From Flavobacteriales bacterium (GTDB taxonomy: Bacteria; Bacteroidota; Bacteroidia; UBA4408): DNA of 51,549 bases. The notes under the pieces were generated by a model that saw only the letters and a program-made list of their open reading frames with translations, was not told the origin of the DNA and made no database searches. This document shows, one piece after another, positions 1 to 9,548 of this stretch (the first letter of the stretch is position 1; the number at the start of each line of letters is the position of its first letter). The translations under genes and the position numbers were made by a program. The DNA lies in the NCBI GenBank assembly GCA_040383885.1, contig JBEICQ010000002.1:1-51549 (forward strand). The letters run 5' to 3'.

Positions 1-653
1 CCCTTCTGCTCTTCAAGTTGAGAATAATCTATAGACCTACCATCGATTCTTGGTGGTGTTCCTGTTTTCATTCTGCCTGTGGCAAAACCCAGGGAAACCA
101 ATTGTTCAGTAATTCCGGTTGCTGACCGCTCGCCGGTTCTTCCTCCTGAAGACTGAGTCTCCCCAACATGTATAATTCCATTTAGAAATGTACCATTGGT
201 GAGTATCACTGTTCTTGCTTTGAACTGCAGGCCCAATCCGGTAATGATACCGGTAACCCGATTATTCTCAATCATCAGTTCACGACACATGTCCTGATAA
301 AAATCAATGTTTGGATTTTGCTCGAGATATTGTCGCCATAGAGCTGCAAAAAGATGTCTGTCACTTTGGCAACGCGGACTCCACATGGCCGGCCCTTTGC
401 TTCTGTTTAGCATTCTAAATTGAACCGCAGACAGGTCGCTGATGATGCCGCTGTAACCCCCTAATGCATCTATCTCTCTTACAATCTGCCCTTTGGCTAT
501 TCCTCCCATGGCTGGATTGCAACTCATCTGTGCGATGGTTTGCATGTTCATGGTCACAAGTAGCACCTTGCAACCCATATTGGCAGCAGCCATTGCAGCT
601 TCGCATCCTGCATGTCCTGCTCCAACAACTATTACATCATATCTATCATCCAT
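1..653 (-). CDS. mnmG: tRNA uridine-5-carboxymethylaminomethyl(34) synthesis enzyme MnmG (GidA). N-terminal about 217 codons only; the rest lies beyond the left window edge.
   Basis: My own reverse-strand translation from the ATG at 653-651 reads MDDRYDVIVVGAGHAGCEAAMAAANMGCKVLLVTMNMQTIAQMSCNPAMGGIAKGQIVREIDALGG...MKTGTPPRIDGRSIDYSQLEEQK. This has the FAD Rossmann motif GAGHAG and the classic MnmG N-terminus. The frame stays open to position 1, which explains its absence from the ORF track. Confidence 0.95.
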   Translation of the reverse strand, partial: MDDRYDVIVVGAGHAGCEAAMAAANMGCKVLLVTMNMQTIAQMSCNPAMGGIAKGQIVREIDALGGYSGIISDLSAVQFRMLNRSKGPAMWSPRCQSDRHLFAALWRQYLEQNPNIDFYQDMCRELMIENNRVTGIITGLGLQFKARTVILTNGTFLNGIIHVGETQSSGGRTGERSATGITEQLVSLGFATGRMKTGTPPRIDGRSIDYSQLEEQK

Positions 654-699
654 TGTGTTAAGTCTACAAAAATTGTGTTTTTTCGCACATCATTTCGAA

Positions 700-1581
700 A
701 TGGAATTACTAAAAGCCTGTCCCGTTTGTAAAAAGACTGAAAACAAACCGTATCTGACCGTTGAGGATTACCTTGTTAGTCGTGAGCATTTTGCCTTATC
801 AGAGTGCAGCTCATGCGGTTTTGTTTTTACCTCACCAAGGCCCGCTGATCATCAGATTGGCAAATATTATCAGAGCAGCGAATATGTATCACACAACGAT
901 ACCGGCAAAGGGTTGATTCATTTTCTTTATCAGCGAGTGAAATCCATTACGCTAAGGCAGAAGTATCAATTGATACTTTCCCTGGTCGCTAAGAATACCC
1001 TCTCTCTATTGGATTATGGATGCGGCACCGGAAGCTTTGCCTCGTATGTTGCCGGCAAGGGTCACCCTGTAAGCGGACTTGAGCCTGATGAGGGAGCAAG
1101 ACATATAGCAAGGGGTAGAATAAAGTCTGTATACGGCTCCCTGTCGGAGATTCCTTCAGACGAATCGTATTCGGTCATCAGTCTTTGGCATGTATTGGAA
1201 CATGTTCACTTACTGGATGAGACACTTTCTCTGCTCGTGAAGAGGCTGGGGGAGGGGGGCATTATGATTATTGCTTTGCCCAACAGGCTTTCCCATGATG
1301 CTGTAAGCCTGGGTAAGTGGTGGGCCGCCTATGATGTACCCCGACACTTGTATCACTTTAGTCAAAAAGATATCTGTGCATTACTTGAGCAGCATGGCAT
1401 GAAGTCCATTGGTGCAAAACCGATGTGGTTTGATGCCTTTTATGTGGGTATGCTGAGTTATCGGAACAAAGGAGCATCGCTTCCTGTCTTGCGGGGGTTC
1501 TACCTGGGTTTAATCAGCAATCTGCGGGCACTGTTTACTGGAAAGTGCAGCAGCATGATTTACATTTTTAAGAAGAACTGA
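700..1581 (+). CDS. Class I SAM-dependent methyltransferase with an N-terminal zinc ribbon
   Basis: This is ORF 493..1581. Its first 69 codons overlap mnmG on the opposite strand, so I take the start at ATG 700 (MELLKACPVCKK...). It carries a CxxC...CxxC pair (CPVC, CSSC) followed by SAM motif I, LLDYGCGTGSF. Confidence 0.8.
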   Translation: MELLKACPVCKKTENKPYLTVEDYLVSREHFALSECSSCGFVFTSPRPADHQIGKYYQSSEYVSHNDTGKGLIHFLYQRVKSITLRQKYQLILSLVAKNTLSLLDYGCGTGSFASYVAGKGHPVSGLEPDEGARHIARGRIKSVYGSLSEIPSDESYSVISLWHVLEHVHLLDETLSLLVKRLGEGGIMIIALPNRLSHDAVSLGKWWAAYDVPRHLYHFSQKDICALLEQHGMKSIGAKPMWFDAFYVGMLSYRNKGASLPVLRGFYLGLISNLRALFTGKCSSMIYIFKKN

Positions 1582-1790
1582 GAGGGAGGCATCCCTGCTT
1601 ATCCGGTTTCCAGCTAAAAGATCTTGGCGGAATGTTTGCGCGAAGGACGACTTTTATTTACCGCAAATTTTTCATCAGGGCACATACTTGCCGTACAAAA
1701 AATTAGATCTCCAACATTGCCTGCCAGCAGCCACTCTTTGATTCAGTCAAAATTGATTTGGTTCTAAACCCGGCTATTTCGTATAATCGC

Positions 1791-3743
1791 ATGCGAAACA
1801 TGATGAATAAACAACAGATAATTTTAATAATTGCCCTTGGCCTTGGAATGCGCTTGGGTGCACAAAACATTGCAGCTGGAGAAAACCTCATCATTGAAGG
1901 CGTTCCCTCGGTTCCTAAAAAATTGGCTTCGGAACTGAATCTGTACACTAATTCAAGAAGTGCAAGCTTTGCGGACTTTCATCCGGTAAATCGGGAGGTG
2001 CTCATTTCCACCCGTTTTGGAAACACGGCACAGTTGCATGTGGTAAAGCAAGCATTAGGAATGAGAAAACAACTCACTTTTTTTGAAGAGCCTGTGGGTA
2101 CTGCCAGTTTTCAACCTACCGAAGGAAAGTATTTTGTTTTCAGCCGGGATGCAGGCGGAAATGAGTTTGGTCAATTGTACCGATATGATATGCCGGACGG
2201 ACGCATCTCGCTACTCACAGATGGGGGGCGTTCCCAGAATGGTGGCATCGTTTGGAGTAACAAAGGCGATCGTTTTTTGTATGCAAGCACCAGGCGAAAT
2301 GGTGCAGACAGAGATATCTACCTGATGGATCCTGATAATCCTGCATCAGAAAAACTGCTGGCTCAAAACAATGGTGGAGGATGGGGCGCCGAGAGTTGGT
2401 CGCCTGATGACAAGCGATTTATCATGGGAGAAAGCATTTCGGTAAATGAGAGCCGTCTTTGGATGGTGGATGCTGTTACAGGAGAGAAAAAACGACTGTC
2501 GCCTGAAACCAAAGAGCAGGCAGTTTTTGGGGATGCCAGGTTTTCTGCAGATGGAAAATCCATCTACCTTCTGACCGATTTGAATAGTGAGTTTTTGGTT
2601 TTGGCAAAAATGAATTTATCAAATGGAAAAATAAATATAATTACTTCGAAGATCCCATGGGATGTGAGCGATTATGACATTTCTCCTGATGGAAGCAAAC
2701 TGGTTTTTGTAAGCAACGAAGCCGGCTTAAGTAAAATGTATCTACTCGATACCTCCACCGATTCTTACAGCCCGGTGAGTGAAATTCCGGAAGGTCTTAT
2801 TGGCAGCATCAAATGGCACAATAACAACAGAGACATTGCCATCACCCACAGCCATGCAAGATCCACTGCAGATGTGTATCTTTTTTCTGTGCCAGATCGA
2901 AAGCTTGAACGCTGGACAGAGAGTGAGTTAGGGGGACTGAATCCGACTTCGCTCAGTCCGGCAGAACTGATTCGCTGGAAAAGTTTTGATAATCAGGAAA
3001 TCAGCGGATTTTATTACAAACCCTCAGAAAAGTTTAAGGGCAAGCATCCGGTCATCATCATGATACACGGAGGTCCGGAGGGGCAGAGTTTCCCGGGGTT
3101 TCAGGGCAGAAACAATTACTACCTGAACGAATTGGGTATTGCTTTGATTTATCCCAATGTGAGGGGGAGTACCGGTTACGGAAAATCATTTGTGAAAATG
3201 GACAATGGCTATCTGCGTGAAAATTCAGTAAAAGACATTGGCGCCCTGCTCGATTGGATTGCCGGTCAACCTGAACTGGATGCAACAAGGGTGATGACCA
3301 TGGGAGGAAGCTACGGGGGATACATGGCATTGGCCTGTGCAACATTTTATAGCGACCGCATTCGCTGTTCAAACGATATCGTGGGCATCTCCAATTTCAA
3401 CACCTTTTTAAAGAATACAGAGAGCTATAGGAGGGATTTAAGAAGGGTAGAGTATGGTGATGAGCAGGATGCGAAAATGGCCGCCTTTCTGGAAAAAATT
3501 TCACCTCTAAACAATGTTGATAAAATTAAAATTCCCATGTTCATCGTGCAGGGTGGGAACGATCCGAGGGTGCCCAGAACAGAGGCAACCCAAATGGTAG
3601 AAGCCCTGAAAAAAAACAATATTCCTGTCTGGTATCTCGAGGCAAAAGACGAAGGACATGGGTTCCGTAAAAAGAACAATGCCGATTATCAGTTCTATTC
3701 CACCATATTGTTTGTGAAAAAATACCTGCTTGGAATAGAGTAA
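1791..3743 (+). CDS. S9 family serine peptidase (prolyl oligopeptidase/dipeptidyl peptidase type) with an N-terminal TolB-like beta-propeller
   Basis: This is ORF 1758..3743, with the start taken at MRNMMNKQQIILIIALGLG (signal peptide). It has propeller-like WSPDG/ISPDG repeats, the catalytic nucleophile motif GGSYGG, and downstream GGNDPRV and EGHGF supplying the Asp and His. Confidence 0.85.
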   Translation: MRNMMNKQQIILIIALGLGMRLGAQNIAAGENLIIEGVPSVPKKLASELNLYTNSRSASFADFHPVNREVLISTRFGNTAQLHVVKQALGMRKQLTFFEEPVGTASFQPTEGKYFVFSRDAGGNEFGQLYRYDMPDGRISLLTDGGRSQNGGIVWSNKGDRFLYASTRRNGADRDIYLMDPDNPASEKLLAQNNGGGWGAESWSPDDKRFIMGESISVNESRLWMVDAVTGEKKRLSPETKEQAVFGDARFSADGKSIYLLTDLNSEFLVLAKMNLSNGKINIITSKIPWDVSDYDISPDGSKLVFVSNEAGLSKMYLLDTSTDSYSPVSEIPEGLIGSIKWHNNNRDIAITHSHARSTADVYLFSVPDRKLERWTESELGGLNPTSLSPAELIRWKSFDNQEISGFYYKPSEKFKGKHPVIIMIHGGPEGQSFPGFQGRNNYYLNELGIALIYPNVRGSTGYGKSFVKMDNGYLRENSVKDIGALLDWIAGQPELDATRVMTMGGSYGGYMALACATFYSDRIRCSNDIVGISNFNTFLKNTESYRRDLRRVEYGDEQDAKMAAFLEKISPLNNVDKIKIPMFIVQGGNDPRVPRTEATQMVEALKKNNIPVWYLEAKDEGHGFRKKNNADYQFYSTILFVKKYLLGIE

Positions 3744-3744
3744 A

Positions 3745-3784
3745 ACCCAATTGGATTGGGTGATGACCCGCAATGATTTGCGGG
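3745..3784. terminator. Two adjacent 7-bp hairpins between convergent genes; a possible bidirectional terminator
   Basis: ACCCAAT-TGG-ATTGGGT lies at 3745-3761 and CCCGCAA-TGAT-TTGCGGG at 3767-3784. Both stems are perfect, and they sit between the S9 peptidase stop and the GT2 stop. No clear U-tract follows either one. Confidence 0.4.
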
Positions 3785-3791
3785 AGGGATA

Positions 3792-4532
3792 TCACAGTTG
3801 AAAACGCATTTGCCATACTCCCAGGAGGGCTTCCCGGAAAATATGAGAACTCATCTTTGAGGTTCCTTCTTTCCTGTCAATAAAGGTAATGGGCACTTCG
3901 CTGGCTTTGAATCCTGCTTTAATTGCACGATACTTCATTTCAATCTGAAAAGCATAACCCACAAATCGAATTTGATCGAGGGCAATTCCCTCGAGCACAC
4001 GCCTGGAGTAACACTTAAATCCTGCTGTGGTATCACGGATGGGAATCCAAAGAATGAGGCGTACATACACACTGGCAAAATAACTCATGAGAATTCTCCC
4101 AAGAGGCCAATTGCTCACTTTGCCTCCTTTTACATATCTCGACCCAATAGAGAAATCGTATCCTTTGCCATGAACAGCTTCATAGAGCCTGGGTAAGTCT
4201 TCGGGATTGTGCGAAAAATCGGCATCCATCTCAAAAATGTAATCGTATCCTTTCCGAAGCGCATATTTAAACCCGTGTATGTAGGCTGTTCCAAGTCCGG
4301 CTTTTCCACTACGCTCCTCAAGATAGAGACCCGGAAATTCTTTTTGAAGGTCCTTCACAATGCGGGCTGTGCCATCCGGAGATCCATCATCTACAATGAG
4401 GATATCAAAAGTAACGGACAATGAAAAAACCTTTCGAACAATCTTTTCGATGTTCTCTTTTTCATTGTAAGTGGGTATAATGACAAGCTTATTGTCCAAT
4501 TTGGTCACATTTTTGTGGTTAAAAGTAGTCAC
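3792..4532 (-). CDS. Polyprenol-monophosphomannose synthase-like glycosyltransferase (GT2, DPM1-like)
   Basis: VIIPTYNEKENI and ILIVDDGSPDGT are GT2 signatures, with DADFSH as the DXD-like motif. The ORF-track start at 4532 is GTG and lies only 9 nt from the divergent rlpA ATG. A TTG at 4499 (LDNKLVIIPTYNE) is an alternative start. Confidence 0.85.
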   Translation of the reverse strand: MTTFNHKNVTKLDNKLVIIPTYNEKENIEKIVRKVFSLSVTFDILIVDDGSPDGTARIVKDLQKEFPGLYLEERSGKAGLGTAYIHGFKYALRKGYDYIFEMDADFSHNPEDLPRLYEAVHGKGYDFSIGSRYVKGGKVSNWPLGRILMSYFASVYVRLILWIPIRDTTAGFKCYSRRVLEGIALDQIRFVGYAFQIEMKYRAIKAGFKASEVPITFIDRKEGTSKMSSHIFREALLGVWQMRFQL

Positions 4533-4541
4533 CTTTACAAT

Positions 4542-4934
4542 ATGAAACGATTCAGATGCTTTTTTTCTTACACGATCTGGCTATCTATTTTGTTTTTTTA
4601 TGAAGCATCGGGTGGTGTGAATACCTCTTCCTCAGATTGCAAGCGCACTGGAAAAGCCAGTTATTACTCCAACAAGTTCAAAGGAAGAAGAACCGGTAGT
4701 GGACAAAAATACCACCCTGATAGCCTTACTTGTGCACACCACAATCTGCCTTTTGGAACCTTGATTGAGGTAACGAATACAACCAATGGCAAGACGGTGA
4801 GGGTGAGAGTGAACGACAGGCTTGGGCGCAGATCAAAAAGAATTGTAGACCTCAGTATGGCAGCCGCCCGACAGTTGGAGATGATTCATCAGGGGGTCAT
4901 TCCTTGCAAGATTATGTGCATCGAAAACCCCTGA
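4542..4934 (+). CDS. rlpA: Septal ring lytic transglycosylase RlpA family protein (DPBB domain)
   Basis: GKASYYSNKFKGRRTGSGQKYHPDSLTCAHHNLPFGTLIEVTNTTNGKTVRVRVNDR is the RlpA double-psi beta-barrel signature. The start is taken at ATG 4542 (MKRFRCFF...). Confidence 0.85.
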   Translation: MKRFRCFFSYTIWLSILFFYEASGGVNTSSSDCKRTGKASYYSNKFKGRRTGSGQKYHPDSLTCAHHNLPFGTLIEVTNTTNGKTVRVRVNDRLGRRSKRIVDLSMAAARQLEMIHQGVIPCKIMCIENP

Positions 4935-4994
4935 GGGATTGATGATCCGCAATAGGATTTGAAGGAGGCAGGATTTTTGTGGAAAAGAATGTGG

Positions 4995-5002
4995 TATTTT
5001 TG
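4995..5002 (+). promoter_or_regulatory. Bacteroidota -7 promoter box candidate (TATTTTTG = TAnnTTTG)
   Basis: This is an exact match to TAnnTTTG, 7 nt upstream of the MORN-protein ATG at 5010. A TTTG at 4976-4979 lies upstream. Confidence 0.3.
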
Positions 5003-5009
5003 TATAGAA

Positions 5010-5957
5010 ATGAAAGCGCTCTTCACCCTTTGCTTTGTTCTTTTATGGAGCTTGTCCTCCCTCGCCCAAAACAAAACTGATGCACAGGGTCGTAAACAGG
5101 GGGGTTGGAGCAAAACATTTCCTGGCGGAAAAACCCGTTACTCCGGATTTTTTATTGACGATAGCCCCGTAGGAACCTTTCTTTATTATCACGAAAATGG
5201 CAAGCTAAAAGCCAAAAACTATTTTTTTGACAAAGGAAAAAAAGCAAAGGCTGAATTATTCAACGCAAAAGGTGAAAAAGAAGCCGATGGATTGTATGTA
5301 GACAAATTAAAAGACAGCGTGTGGAATTATTACAATTCTCAGGGAAAGCTTATTTTGATTGAATCTTATCAACTTGGGAAGAAGCATGGGGTGTTCAGGG
5401 TGTTCTCTCCTGATGGTTCAAAAACAGAGGAAATCATTAGCTGGATGAACAATGAAAAGCATGGAGCATGGACACAATATTATCCGGATGGCAGCAAAAG
5501 AATTGAGGCCCATTACCTTCATGGTGAGTTAGACTCGGTGTTTAAGCTGTATTTTCAGGGGGGAAAGATAAAGATGGAGGGAAGATATAAAAATGCCGGA
5601 AAAGTGGGAGAGTGGCTGGAGTACAACAGCGATGGATCATTGCGACTTCAGGAAATTTATAAAAACGGCAAACACCTGAGAACAACGCTATTGAATGGTG
5701 TGTTTAAGAATTATTATCCCAATGGTTTTATCGAAAGTGAATACCAATACCGAAATGGAAAGAAGAATGGGCCTTTCACAGAATACCACAACACAGGAAG
5801 AAAAGTAAAAAGAATGCGCACAAGCACGGAAGGTGAGCAGGAAATGTATGAAGAAGAAGAGGGGATTGTGATTAAAAGAAAAGGGGTATTCAAAGACGAC
5901 CTGCCGGTGGGAATCATTGAATCCTTCGACGAAAAAGGGAAAGTCATTAAACAATAA
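5010..5957 (+). CDS. MORN-variant repeat protein (annotated family: YwqK-like); secreted or periplasmic
   Basis: The signal peptide is MKALFTLCFVLLWSLSSLAQ. It is followed by repeated G-x-W/Y...Y-x-NG-K units (GGWSKTFPGGK, YHENGKLKAK, YYPDGSKRIEAHY, YYPNGFIESEYQYRNGKKNG). Confidence 0.8.
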   Translation: MKALFTLCFVLLWSLSSLAQNKTDAQGRKQGGWSKTFPGGKTRYSGFFIDDSPVGTFLYYHENGKLKAKNYFFDKGKKAKAELFNAKGEKEADGLYVDKLKDSVWNYYNSQGKLILIESYQLGKKHGVFRVFSPDGSKTEEIISWMNNEKHGAWTQYYPDGSKRIEAHYLHGELDSVFKLYFQGGKIKMEGRYKNAGKVGEWLEYNSDGSLRLQEIYKNGKHLRTTLLNGVFKNYYPNGFIESEYQYRNGKKNGPFTEYHNTGRKVKRMRTSTEGEQEMYEEEEGIVIKRKGVFKDDLPVGIIESFDEKGKVIKQ

Positions 5958-5980
5958 CAAACATTCTGTATCTCAATTGT

Positions 5981-7087
5981 ATGAAAGGAGAAAAAGTTCT
6001 GGTAGCCATGAGCGGCGGCATCGATAGTTCGGTGGCAGCTTTGCTATTGCATGAACAGGGCTATGAAGTAATTGGTATTACCATGAAAACCTGGGATTAT
6101 GCCACATCAGGAGGGAGCAACAAAGAAACCGGCTGTTGCAGCCTGGATTCTATCAATGATGCGCGCAACCTGGCAGTGGACAGGGGCTTTCCTCATTACA
6201 TCCTTGACATCCGAGACGAGTTTGGGACTTTTATCATCGACAATTTTGTAGAAGAGTACCTTGCCGGCAGAACTCCTAATCCATGTGTATTATGCAATAC
6301 CCACATCAAATGGGAAGCCCTGCTCAAGCGTGCCGACATGCTTGGTTGTAAATACATTGCCACGGGTCATTATGCACGCATACGAAATGAAAATGGACGC
6401 TATGTCATTTCCAGAGGCCGCGACACCAACAAAGACCAAAGCTATGTGCTTTGGGGATTAAGGCAAGAGGTTTTGTCGCGTACCCTGCTTCCTCTGGGCT
6501 CTTTCACCAAGCCGGAGATAAGAACCATGGCAGCAGAGAGAGGTTATCAGGCGCTGGCGAACAAAAGCGAGAGTTACGAAATTTGCTTTGTGCCCGACAA
6601 CGACTACAGGGGATTTTTAAAACGAAAAGTAGAAGGTCTTGAGGAAAAAGTTGGAGGCGGCAATTTCGTCCTCAAAGATGGTCGTATTGTGGGTACCCAC
6701 AAGGGCTATCCTTTTTACACCATCGGACAAAGAAAAGGCCTGGAGATTGCCCTGGGTCAACCCATGTTTGTTACCGCCATTCAGCCTGAAACAAACACGG
6801 TGGTATTAGGAACAAAAGAAGACCTTGAAGAGCAGTCGATGGAGGTGGTGAGTCCTAACTTCATCAAATATGAAGGCCTTACAAAAGATGAAGAATGGCT
6901 GGTTCGCGTCCGCTATAAAGATGCAGGAACCATGGCCACCGTAAGGGCCTCCGGAAAAGATGTACAGGTATTTTTTCATCATGCAGTTAGCGGCATTGCT
7001 CCGGGGCAATCCGCGGTTTTCTACGAAGGCGAAGACCTGGTAGGAGGCGGTTTTATCAGAAGGAAAAAACATGTTCCGGTTACCTAA
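5981..7087 (+). CDS. mnmA: tRNA 2-thiouridine(34) synthase MnmA
   Basis: The PP-loop is VLVAMSGGIDSSVAA, the catalytic cysteine context is NPCVLCN, and DQSYVLW is present. The length of 368 aa fits the family. Confidence 0.95.
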   Translation: MKGEKVLVAMSGGIDSSVAALLLHEQGYEVIGITMKTWDYATSGGSNKETGCCSLDSINDARNLAVDRGFPHYILDIRDEFGTFIIDNFVEEYLAGRTPNPCVLCNTHIKWEALLKRADMLGCKYIATGHYARIRNENGRYVISRGRDTNKDQSYVLWGLRQEVLSRTLLPLGSFTKPEIRTMAAERGYQALANKSESYEICFVPDNDYRGFLKRKVEGLEEKVGGGNFVLKDGRIVGTHKGYPFYTIGQRKGLEIALGQPMFVTAIQPETNTVVLGTKEDLEEQSMEVVSPNFIKYEGLTKDEEWLVRVRYKDAGTMATVRASGKDVQVFFHHAVSGIAPGQSAVFYEGEDLVGGGFIRRKKHVPVT

Positions 7088-7799
7088 ACTTACTCTTTCC
7101 GCTTTGGGGCTGATGGTAGCCACTGCACTCTCTTTTTCCGGGTGCGAGAAGGACCCCGTTTCTCCCCCGGTAAAGGCTTTTACAGGCATGACCTATGCGC
7201 CCCTTCATCAGGGGAAATTTGCTGTTTACAGAATAGACTCTTTGGTGAGAAATGATTTTACGGGTACTGTCGACTCATTTGTTTATTACCTCAAGGAAGT
7301 GATGTACCTGGATGAAAACAACCCGGTTTCGGGTGAAACCCGGTTTCGTTTGGAGCGATCCTATTCCTCTGCTCCCGATTCGTTTCCTTTCACAAGACGA
7401 TGGTCTGGATTTAGAGATGGAGGCACATTGGTCATCAATGAAGAAAATATCCCGGTTATTAAGTTAAACTTCCCCCTGACTCAAGGGAAAAAATGGGATG
7501 GAAACGCAAGGAATACCCGGGGCTCTAAAATTTTTACCTGCCTCAAGCTCCATGAAAGCCTCTTGTTGGGCAATCTGCGAATGGACTCCACTGCATGGAT
7601 CCTCCAACAGGCAGATTCCAATCTGATAGAATTGAATTATGAACGGGAAATCTACAGTACCGCCTGTGGATTGACCAAAAGAGAGGTCTTTAAATTACAA
7701 GACACCAAAACATCTTTGGATGTTTCTGTCCCCTTGAGAATGCGTGCAAACAAGGGATATACGCTTACCCAAACCCTTATCCAATTCGGAAAACCATGA
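7071..7799 (+). CDS. Hypothetical lipoprotein
   Basis: The signal peptide and lipobox read LGLMVATALSFSGC. The ORF overlaps the mnmA 3' end by 17 nt and overlaps the next gene by ATGA. I recognise no family. Confidence 0.6.
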   Translation: MFRLPKLTLSALGLMVATALSFSGCEKDPVSPPVKAFTGMTYAPLHQGKFAVYRIDSLVRNDFTGTVDSFVYYLKEVMYLDENNPVSGETRFRLERSYSSAPDSFPFTRRWSGFRDGGTLVINEENIPVIKLNFPLTQGKKWDGNARNTRGSKIFTCLKLHESLLLGNLRMDSTAWILQQADSNLIELNYEREIYSTACGLTKREVFKLQDTKTSLDVSVPLRMRANKGYTLTQTLIQFGKP

Positions 7800-9469
7800 G
7801 AAAAAAGATTTATTTGCTATTCCTTCTCACCTCCTTGCTTTATCAAAAGCAACAGGCCCAACCCATGCTTGGCTCTAATCTTTACGAGATCTGCTTTACC
7901 GATAAAAACAATTCTCCTTACAGTGTGCAAAATCCTGAGGTTTTTTTGTCTGCAAGGGCCTTGTCGCGAAGAACCCTTCATGGAATTCCTGTAAGTGCTC
8001 AGGATTTTCCTGTAAACCCCACTTATGTGCAGGGCGTGTTGCAAACAGGGGCTGTGATCAAGGGAAAAAGCCGTTGGCGAAACAGTGTACTTGTATTGAT
8101 TACAGATTCCTCCCAACGCAATGCCATTTTGCAATTGCCTTATGTGAATAGCCTGGGAGCGCTTAACCGATTGGCTGCTGCAAATGATACTTTAAAATTC
8201 AGGAACGATGTTGCAAATCCGGCTTTTCTCAGTCGAAACCAAAGCATCACAAACCAGCCATTTGATTATGGAATTGCTTCTGCGCAAATCAACCAGATTG
8301 CCGGAGAAGGTTTACACCAACAAGGTTACCTTGGGCAAGGCATGGTGATAGCGGTATTTGATGCCGGTTTTCCGGGGGTAAATACCCTGCCGGTGTTTGA
8401 CAGTTTGCGCTCCCAGAATCGGCTTTTAGGCACCTGGGATTTTGCCGGCATGAGCAACCAGGTTTTTTCTTTTCATCCCCATGGCACAAATACCCTGAGT
8501 TGCATGGCAGCCAACTTGCCCGGTATCATGATTGGCACTGCCCCCAGAGCTTCTTATTATCTTTTCAGAACAGAGGTGGCCGAAACAGAAAACCCTGTAG
8601 AAGAATATTACTGGGTGGAAGCAGCAGAAGCAGCAGACAGTTTGGGAGCAGATATCATTTCATCATCCCTTGGCTACACCACATACGACCGAAATGAACA
8701 AAGTTATTCTACGCAAGACATGAACGGCTATACAGCAATTTGCACAAATGGTGCAGATATCGCCGTATCCAAAGGGATGCTGGTGGTAAACTCCGCCGGT
8801 AATTCTGGTGCCTCTTCCTGGAGGATTATTTCGGCACCGGCTGATGGCGACAGTGTATTTACAATCGGCGCGGTGAACAGAGAAGGTATCCGTGCAGGAT
8901 TTTCTTCAAGAGGACCAACCGCAGACCTTCGGATCAAACCCGATGTATGCGCTTTGGGAGAAGGAGCAGCCATCTCCCTCAGTGGGGGAGGAACCGGATA
9001 TGCCAATGGCACCTCCTTTTCATGTCCGATTATTGCGGGAATGAGCGCCTGTTTGTGGCAAGCCCTACCCAATCTTCATCCCACAGAGTTGATGACCCGC
9101 ATCAGACTAACAGCGTCATTGTCCAACACCCCTGATACTTATTACGGCTGGGGCATTCCAAATTTTTCGCTGGCTCTGACGGGCATCAATGAATTGTCGA
9201 AAAATGCCATTCCCGGCAAACCGATTTTGTTTCCCAACCCGGTTGGTCAAAGTGAATTAAAGTTTTTATGGTTAAGCCGAGACAGCCAAACCATTCGAAT
9301 CAGGGTTTTTGATGCAGGAGGAAGAGAAGTAATAAACACCGAGGCATACATACCTACCGGAAGTTATCAGGACCATGTTGTACCGGGTTTCTCATCCCTT
9401 TCTCAGGGTGCGTATGTGGTGCATCTGCAATCCCGCGGAACAACTTATGTTAGCGGAGTAATTCGGTAA
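7796..9469 (+). CDS. S8 family (subtilisin-like) serine peptidase with a T9SS C-terminal sorting domain
   Basis: The catalytic triad contexts are AVFDAGF (Asp), HPHGTNTLS (His) and NGTSFSCPIIAG (Ser). The C-terminal tail LFPNPVGQSELKFLW...GAYVVHLQSRGTTYVSGVIR is typical of a type A Por secretion sorting domain. Confidence 0.9.
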   Translation: MRKKIYLLFLLTSLLYQKQQAQPMLGSNLYEICFTDKNNSPYSVQNPEVFLSARALSRRTLHGIPVSAQDFPVNPTYVQGVLQTGAVIKGKSRWRNSVLVLITDSSQRNAILQLPYVNSLGALNRLAAANDTLKFRNDVANPAFLSRNQSITNQPFDYGIASAQINQIAGEGLHQQGYLGQGMVIAVFDAGFPGVNTLPVFDSLRSQNRLLGTWDFAGMSNQVFSFHPHGTNTLSCMAANLPGIMIGTAPRASYYLFRTEVAETENPVEEYYWVEAAEAADSLGADIISSSLGYTTYDRNEQSYSTQDMNGYTAICTNGADIAVSKGMLVVNSAGNSGASSWRIISAPADGDSVFTIGAVNREGIRAGFSSRGPTADLRIKPDVCALGEGAAISLSGGGTGYANGTSFSCPIIAGMSACLWQALPNLHPTELMTRIRLTASLSNTPDTYYGWGIPNFSLALTGINELSKNAIPGKPILFPNPVGQSELKFLWLSRDSQTIRIRVFDAGGREVINTEAYIPTGSYQDHVVPGFSSLSQGAYVVHLQSRGTTYVSGVIR

Positions 9470-9505
9470 AACAGGCACTTTCTTTTCTTGTGAAAACAGT
9501 AGACT

Positions 9506-9523
9506 CCATCAGGGCAGTGATGG
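9506..9523. terminator. Weak hairpin between convergent genes
   Basis: CCATCA-GGGCAG-TGATGG forms a 6-bp stem between the S8 peptidase stop (9469) and the GT2 stop (9549). The U-tract is poor. Confidence 0.25.
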
Positions 9524-9548
9524 CTCTGTTGGGCTTTGCATTTTATGC

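Noticed and set aside
493-699. N-terminal extensions offered by the ORF track: 493-699 for the methyltransferase, 12557-12661 for the SDR, 16014-16064 for the response regulator, 19347-19385 for MORN, 23927-24013 for XRE, 24867-24938 for the lipoprotein, 28952-28981 for fbp, 34933-34977 for glgA, 47516-47548 for LolA-like and 49912-50004 for S51.
   Set aside because: In each case an internal ATG gives the canonical family N-terminus or a clean signal peptide or lipobox. The extension would overlap a neighbouring gene or add sequence that is atypical for the family.
3792-4544. Only 9 nt separate the divergent starts of the DPM1-like GT2 (GTG 4532) and rlpA (ATG 4542). This could hint at an unusual shared or overlapping promoter.
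   Set aside because: This is more likely a start-codon artefact. A TTG at 4499 gives the standard GT2 N-terminus (LDNKLVIIPTYNE) and leaves a 42-nt spacer. It is noted as an annotation caveat, not a finding.
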